Source of the DNA: Utricularia gibba
Lineage: Eukaryota > Plantae > Magnoliophyta
NCBI GenBank assembly: GCA_002189035.1
Contig: NEEC01000009.1
Location: 620,001 to 684,000, forward strand
Direction of reading: 5' to 3'
Length of the DNA stretch: 64,000 nt
Made by a program: the position numbers and the translations under genes. Below the pieces are notes generated by a model. It was given only the letters and a program-made list of their open reading frames with translations. It was not told the origin of the DNA and searched no databases. Below are positions 55,879 to 64,000 of the stretch, in pieces (the first letter of the stretch is position 1; each line of letters opens with the position of its first letter).

Positions 55879-58800
55879 GAATTTTTTCAGGTTCGCAACA
55901 ACCCTTCTTCTTATATCCTGCTGTGCTGCTGCAATTCCCATTGAAAAAGATGATCTCCTCCCCTTGACAAAATGATCACTGGTTGTCGTTGTATTCATCA
56001 TTTTGATTCAGATCCTGATTCCCGGGTACTATACCAATGAATCTGTGAGGAGAATGAATAAGGAGGAGTCTTTGCTGGTTCCCTTGAGTTAATGAAAAAC
56101 TAACAAATACTGTTCCCTTGTACGGTTGGAAGAGAAGTTAAGGCCCACCCCCTTTTGTTGACAGCGAGTCACATGTACCCCTCATCCCATCCCATATCAC
56201 ACAAACCTCACTTTGCTGATAACAGCATACATACCTCCCATGCAATAACTAAGGCATGTTTTCAGTGCTTATTCATTTTGCCTTAAGAATGAGAATGGGT
56301 GTTTAGTAGAAAGTGTTAACACTGAATGAAAATGCAACACTAATTTATTTGATAAATGACAAAAGTGTCCTAATATAAAAAATGTAAGTGTTTTCATTTT
56401 ATTTATCTTAGATTAATGATATTAAAGTTTAAATTACTTAGAAACACAATAGTAAATAGTACATACTTATTACAAGACATTATTCTACGACTTGGGATGA
56501 TGGTATTTCGGTCACATGGGTAAAACAAAAATTAAAAAAAAAAGGTTAAATCATTTCTATCATTTCCTTGACTCTACCGATAACCATCTATCGTTTGACA
56601 ATTTTAAAGTTATCTTTTAATTAAGTATGTTTTTATCTAATTTATTAATTATTAATTTTCAGTGAGATTTTATTTTTTTTACATTAATAAAATAATAAAT
56701 TTTAAAATAAACATATCCTAATGATATACTAATAAGATACTTCTAAATTTGTAATATATGTATCTCCATACTCGTATCCATACTTACCCATACCCTTGCT
56801 TTGTAGCTTAGATACCAAAAAGTAGCATGCTTAGTCCCTATTATTTGGTGTACCATGCATGATAAAATCCCCAAAGTTTGGGTATATAATTCTCATTATT
56901 TTACTATTTGAAAAAAATTATTATCACCACCAAATTTTGAAAATTAGAGTTTGATGATGGAAATCAATTTTTTATAATGAAAAATAGTGGGAAACTGAGT
57001 ATACATTTGATTATAATATAGATTGACTATGCATAATTTTAAAATAATTGTGATTAACAATATTTTTAAAAAAAACTAATTAATCATTTGGGTAAACATT
57101 GTGGAATATTTACATGATTTTCTTACTATAAAAAATGAAATTTTTTAAAAAAAATTCATGCACACTCTAGTTGAGTGTAAAATTATGTTTGATAGTTTAA
57201 TGTATAAGATTTATATTCAAGTTTACATACACATAGATGTTTAATTAATTAATATATGCATATCAATCTTGTATTATTATACACAAATGAAGAGGAATAA
57301 GAATAATTATATTTATATCAATCACATATTCATATTTCTATTATTAAATATCAAATATTACATGCAATTAATTATAGATATACTTAATTAGGTTATATTT
57401 AAATATACTAATACTTTACTATCACACTATTTCTAATAAGTTTAAAAAATGAATCCAATCACCATATTTGGTAATATCTAGAAAATAAATAAAAATTTGA
57501 AAATTTTCCACCCTACATATAGTTAAGTTGATGGTGTCGGAAGTATTAAAATACTTTTTTTAAAAAAAAAAAGAAGAGCAGACATCTGAAAGGCATTTGA
57601 TGCTACCTGGGTAGGGAAGACATTAAAAAAACTTACTGATGACGAAGAGGTAAAAACACAAGATAATCAGTCACAATTTCAACTTAGTCCAATAGCTGTG
57701 GTGCACATGAAATCATGCTTTGGAGAAAGATAGGTTTTTTTTAGTGTTCTTCTTCAAGTTGGAAACGGTGTGGAGAACATGCTTCCTTATCCCATGCCCC
57801 AAATGGTTACCATCCTCAGCACACATTCCCTTTTCCTCCCAGGACTGGATCACCGTTCGGTCTGATCATCGAGCCGATCCAACGCATCCTTGCGGGCTGC
57901 AGTGCAGCCAATCGATTGCCGTCATCGTCGTTCTGTTCATTTCCTCTACGAACTGACTGTTTCCATAGTTTTGGTCACTCTTCCAGCCTTAGAAAAGGCT
58001 TGTTTTGCACAGTCACCGGTCCTTACGAAGCTGTTTCCATAGTTTTGAGGTGTCATCCTCCTCACCAGCTCGGCATGGCTGCTGAAGAGAGAGTAGAAAC
58101 ACACAGCGTGGGGTGGAGGTTGGGTTTGGTGTGAGGGCGGATGTCGTCATGCTGCTTTATTTTATTGGTACGGCCGTCTTTTCGTAGATCGAGGTTAATA
58201 GAATTACTATTCTTCCCTGCATTTCCGCCGGCGGCAACCCCATCTCGTCGGGTCGCCTAGACACTGTAAAGACTGTGCAGCTTTGACTCGGGCTCACGTG
58301 AGTCGAGAAAGAAAGAAAGAAAGAATTCATCTGCGCAGCAGTCCACAGAGGCGCCCCTGCACACTCACTCCACTCATCCTCCCCCTCCATCTATCTGTCT
58401 TCTTCTGTTTGTCGCCAGATCCACACAAACAACAACCAAAAAAACAAAACCATGTTTCATGTCTTCCATGTTCATTCATTCCTTCCCTTTCCCTTCCTTC
58501 TTCAGTAAACTACCTAAATGTCTTGCAAGTTTGGACTCATGGGCATGGAGTGAGAAGGCAGGTGAGCAAATGTCAGGGTTTCTCCATTTATATAGTTTAG
58601 GGTTACATTGCCGATCGGTAACTGGCGGACAGGAGGCTTGAGTTGGTGGTAAGTGTGAACACCTCCTCCAATGGGGATTCCCGCACCGCAGCATGAGGTT
58701 ATGAAATTTCCCCCAACAGTAGAAGGAGTAAAAGCTGCCACTGTTGTAATTGAGTGCTGTAAAAACCTCTGCAATGTCTTCTTTTTGAATCGGGGTTTGC

Positions 58801-61800
58801 TTCGGGACACACACACTGACATGTCTCTGCTGCATCTGCGTTTCATCTCTGAGAAGCCAAAAGAAAAATGTAATACGAATGAATCGACCCAACATCAGCT
58901 TCTGCTGCCACAACTTCAGAGGAGACTGTGCTTGCACAAACCATGCGTTCAACAAGAAGCAGCCATGGAATGGAATGGCGATAGACAGATATAACCCCAA
59001 ACTCCCAAAACCTTTTCCACAGGAACATGAAACCCTACAAAACGGTGAGCTGGGGCACCGGGCCACCGATCCCTCCAACCCGCTCACCAGCCAGGTGCTG
59101 CACTTCAAAACCCATCAACAGGTTCTGATAATAAGATTATCTCCTCAATTCTAAACTCTTGAAACTACAGCAAATCTGCATTCCATTTGGACGGTAGCGA
59201 ATACCAGTTGCCATCGGAATATTCAAACCAAACCCTTCTTTTTTTTTCTTTATTGTGGGTTAGTAGGACGTGGAAGAAAGTACACCTCTATCTTCTGCAG
59301 ATTAGGAGATGAGGGAGACAAAACCTCAGGATTTTTGCAGCAAGCACTCACTCCATGGGGCTGCCATGTTCCCTTATCCTCTCCTCCTCCTACTTCCACT
59401 CCTCACCCTGAAATTTATCCTCCAACTGCAGCCTTCCCACACAGTACAAGTTCAGTGCAGCTACTGTGTGCCATGTTCTAATCCATTCTACCACACCAAA
59501 ATCTCAACTTTTCTTTCATAACTTGCACCAAACTAACCAATGAACAAATCAAATGAATAAAGCTTTCTTTTTTTTTTTTACTTGCAAAGCATACCAAACC
59601 CACTGAGATTCAAGAATTCAGAACTAATAAGTTTATCTTTGATTTCATTTTTGAAATTATTTCTAAATTTTGTTTAAAAGCGTATTTAATACTAAAACTG
59701 TTTTTAAAGAACAACGGCATATTTATTATTATAATTGATATTTGACATAACTAAAATTTTACTTTAATAATTGCATATTTAACCATACTGCCTACAAAAC
59801 ATTTGATGCATATGTTTTTTAGCATGTATTTGATAGTATACTATAATTAAAAATGTATTTAAATTATTTGTATTTCGATAAATATGTACTATGTGGTTAA
59901 GTTTAAAATGTGTTTACTATATAGATTTTAAACATATATGTTTAAAATAGCGTTATATTTGATAGATTATTTAAAATAAATACTTTATAAATTGGTTTTT
60001 CTTTTATCAAAACTTATCTAGAAGTCGAGTTTTGAAATACATAATTCGAAGTGTTTTATATTAATTTTATAAAGCAATCATCTATTATTAAAATAACATA
60101 TCAAATATATATTATTATATACAAGGACATTTAAACAGTAGCCAAAAAGGTCTCATAAGAAACCCTATGTTTTTTATTTTTTTTAATGAATGCAGAAAAT
60201 ATTAAATGCAAAGGACACATGGGGGCCAAAAATCTACCAGAGATCTGTGTGTGGACGGCATCGATGTCACAAGCTAACTGATGACGCCCGCAGGGACCAT
60301 ATCAACTTCCTAGTAACCATGTGAAAAATAATTATCATCTTTTTTTTTTAGAAAAAGCTCTTTTTTACCGTAATAAAAACACAATTATTAATTTTCTTTT
60401 AGATTGTGAATATGATAAACAAATGTTGGAGTATAATTTAATTTCTTTTTGTTTTTTTTAGATTACAGGGCGCTTTGGGTAAGCTTGGAGGTTGCACTAG
60501 GATTGCTATTTTAGACAACTAGACGTGAAGGCATTTGCTTTCCAAATCTGTGCATACTAAGGTAAGAAAAATGGTAATATTTTAAAGACTTTTAAAACAT
60601 ATATATATATCATGTGAATCAGCTTAAAAATTACTAGACAAGAATAGCCTTGGATTTTCAATTGATCCCTATCTTGAACTATCGCGGTCCTTCCCACCTT
60701 CGTATCATGGGTTGGACGGTCTTTAATGATCGAGATCTTTAAATCAAACATGAAAACAATTGTAATTATGATTCAAGTAGAGAATGAATTCAACTTTTTT
60801 AAATAATAATTTTTATTTTTTTTCAAATATTTTAAATTTTAATTATATATTATTAAATTATATTCAATCCAACTCCATCATGATACCAAAAAATTTTATT
60901 AAACTCGTTTTTAGGGTGGAAATAATAGAAAATAAAATTTTATTTTTTGTATTTGCAAAACAGATACATTAATTCTCAACTTTATTTTTGAGATGATTCT
61001 AGAAATTTACATTTTTTTCATTTAGAGGTTGCTATGTTTTAAATGCGTTGAAAATTCACAATATGACACCATGCAATTTGATGTTTGAAAATTTGGTTTC
61101 ATAATTTTTACATTAAAATGCTTTTTATTTTAATCTCATGGGGAATACAAATATTTTGATGGTAATAAATGTCATTGTATATTTAGTCAACATATAAAAG
61201 CAATAATAACAGCTGAAAGAGTAATTAATTTTGTATAACACATTCTTTGCTATAGTCTTTGCATGCAAAATAGTATATTCGAATTAATTGAAAAAATCCA
61301 TTTTGAAAATTTAACAATAAGCATTAGTTTAAGATGCTATATCGTAAAATACGGATCTGTTTAGAGCAACTCCTTAAAAATAACTTCAAAAAATATTTAA
61401 AATATATTTTTATTTTTTTATTGGAACAGAGATACCTTAAAAAAACCGAATCAATTCATTGCTCCAACTCCATGTGGAGCAAAACCACCACATGTTTTGT
61501 TCAGTAATCATATGTATATAATTGTTTTTATTGAAGCTGAAATTTTATCAAAAATACTCTTAGATATGACACCAAGGACTTTGTTTGAATGCACTACTAA
61601 TGTCTATAATTATATATATTTAGCTATAATTATAAAATTTAATAAAATAATTAGATATATCTAGATTTAATTATAAATTTAATAAAAATATCTATCCTAT
61701 ATAATTATAAAGTAAGTAATGTATTATTATCTTTTTTTTTCATATGTATTTGAAAAAAGTCATTTTTAATATATTTTTTAGTATTTATTATAAATTCATT

Positions 61801-62127
61801 GGTGAAAAGAATGGGCTAATGTGATTGGTTAAAGCATTTTCTGGTGACCATGTTATGATTAATAAATTAAATTTTGAATTATGAAATGTTCATATAATTG
61901 GAAAAGGTATACAGTTGCGGCGTGTGTGCAGAATTTTAAAATATGTAAAATAAAAAAATAAATAAAGAATAAATAAAAAAAACACTACACGTTATTTAAG
62001 TTAAGGGACACCACCAACCTCTAAAGCTCCATCGAAAACTTACTCACTCGAGCGATACATGTTCCTTGCTCGCCGTACTGTCTCCCCCTGTCCCTGCGTA
62101 TGCTTTAAGGCAAACAAACAAAAGGCC

Positions 62128-63620
62128 ATGGTTGCGGAGGAAGACGACGTCGCCGTCGTGGTGGTTGTCCGTGAGTACAACGAGAAAAACGACCGGGAGG
62201 CGGTTGTGGATGCCGAGTCCCGCTGCGAGGCCGGCGGCTTCGGGGGAAACTCTCTCTGTACACCCATCTCCTGGGTGACCCCTCTGCCGCGTCCGTCATT
62301 CTCCCGCGTATCTCATGCTCGTAAGTCCTGCTATTTCCTTCTTCTGCAATTCTCCGGTGGTGGACTGGAATGGAAGAAGAATTTTTATTTTTTTCGTATT
62401 TCGCAGGTTGCGGAGATGGAGGTTGTCGGTGGGGGAGAGGATAAACAGAGGAAGGAGATAGTGGGCATGATCAGGGGTTGCTTAAAAACCGTAACTCTAA
62501 ATGGGAAGTCGCCGGAGAGCGGTAAACAAGGCGGCGTTCAACGAACTCCGGCCACCAAAGTCGGCTACATTTTGGGCCTCCGCGTTTCTCCATCTCATCG
62601 GTAAACACGTATCTGTCTGTGTTGTTATTCTCCTCCATCCCATCCAGTAATAATTTAAAGAGTGCTTGCTGGCTGATTTACCCACTCACTCCCTCGTAGT
62701 CGTGGGGACAGGACAAAAACAGATCCCCTGAAATTTCCATTCTTTTTCCAATTTCAATTTTTGTCTCCAGGAGAATGGGAATCGGGCTGAAGCTTGTTCG
62801 CAGAATGGAGCTCTGGTTTCGGGAAAACGGCGCCCACTTCTCCTACATCGCCACTGAAAGCGATAACATACCGTCCCTGAAACTCTTCACCACAAGATGC
62901 GGCTACTCCAAGTTCCGAACCCCTTCGATTCTCGTGCAGCCGGTCTTCGCCCACCGGATTAAACCCAATAAGAAGGTAGCCGTCATCCGTCTCCCCCAGA
63001 GCGACGCCGTTTTCCTCTACCGGAGCCGTTTCTCCACCGTCGAGTTCTTCCCCGCCGACATCGACGCGGTGCTGAATAACAAGCTCAGTCTCGGGACCTT
63101 CGTAGCCGTGCCCATTGGATCCTACGATCAGAATTCCTGGCCCGGGGCTGCCGCGTTCCTGGCGGCGCCGCCGGAATCATGGGCGGTGCTGAGCGTGTGG
63201 AACTGTAAAGACGTATTCCGACTGGAAGTTCGCGGAGCGTCGCGCCTGCAGAAAGCGGTGGCGAAGACGACGAGGGTAATGGACCGGGCGTTCCCTTGGC
63301 TGCATCTCCCCTCCATACCGAAGCTATTCCGTCCGTTTGGGCTTCATTTCCTCTACGGGATCGGAGGCGAAGGCCCGAGCATGAACACCTTCGTCAGAGG
63401 GCTTTGCAGGCTCGCCCACAATCTGGCCCGCGACCACGGCTGCGGTGTGGTGGCCACCGAAGTAGCCCAGCGAGACCCCCTGCGGTCCGGGATCCCGCAC
63501 TGGGAAATCCTCTCCTGCGACCAGGACGTCTGGTGCATCAAGAGCCTCGCCGAAGGCTTCAAAGACTGGGTGAAATCGCCTCCGGGAACCTCCATTTTTG
63601 TTGATCCTCGGCAAGTATGA
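62128..63620 (+). CDS. HLS1: HOOKLESS1-like GNAT N-acetyltransferase, 3 exons, with two apparent 1-nt deletions in exon 1
   Basis: VVREY, LYTHLLGDP and CRVRHSPAYLML (shifted frames), KEIVGMIRGC, YILGLRVSPSHRRMGIGLKLV, FRTPSILVQPV, GFHFL-like GLHFLYGIGGEGP and end SIFVDPRQV*. Confidence 0.93.
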
Positions 63621-64000
63621 TCCCCAATCCATGTGGCTCTTCAAATTTCCCTGATTTTAATTTAGGTGAAGACGCCTTTTCAATTTCTAATATTCAGATA
63701 ATCCATAATTAAATTAATTCATTATTTTACCGCAAAGAGGATCCTTGACGTGCCGGCGCGGCATCCAATTTAGAACAGTTCACATGGACGGCATCCATTT
63801 AAATACGTTATCCGTACGATATTATTATATTTCGATATTCAATATTTCTTATTTTACGTTTTCGTTTGACGAAAAAAAGTTGTATAATATTAGTAAATTA
63901 CTTATATTTAAATATATTATTTATTCCGTTTGTAATCAATATAATATATCGTTACTTGTCTCACGATGTTATACCTATATGCAAAAAATGTAAATGAGGC

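Overview
This is plant (eudicot-like) nuclear genomic DNA with two distinct halves. Bases 1-21.7 kb are very AT-rich and full of transposon debris: MULE and copia remnants, Athila-like LTR fragments, and a Mutator-type MITE with a 9-bp TSD. That half holds two intact genes (an uncharacterised protein and an RLCK-VI/RBK kinase) and a NET2/KIP1 pseudogene. Bases 21.8-63.6 kb are gene-dense with mostly short introns. In order they encode XPC/RAD4, a GT47 exostosin glycosyltransferase, a 5'-decayed APD-like RING gene, NRAMP3/4, an uncharacterised protein, an SBT1.7/ARA12 subtilase, a prolyl 4-hydroxylase, nuclear CK2-alpha, a BTB-NPH3 (SR1IP1-like) protein, the queuosine salvage hydrolase QNG1, plastid CK2-alpha and a HOOKLESS1-like acetyltransferase. 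I found no rRNA, tRNA, CRISPR or recognisable conserved miRNA, and no clearly new multi-gene system. The best leads are a signal-anchor-like N-terminal extension of CK2-alpha with no AUG, a GT47 with a non-canonical conserved motif, and a triplicated RAD4 3' end at the compositional boundary. Also notable are paired 1-nt deletions in plastid CK2-alpha and the HLS1-like gene (probably assembly errors), GC-AG introns in both CK2-alpha paralogs, and an unexplained 1.9-kb island at 57.7-59.55 kb. All family assignments come from motif recognition by eye, with no database searches.
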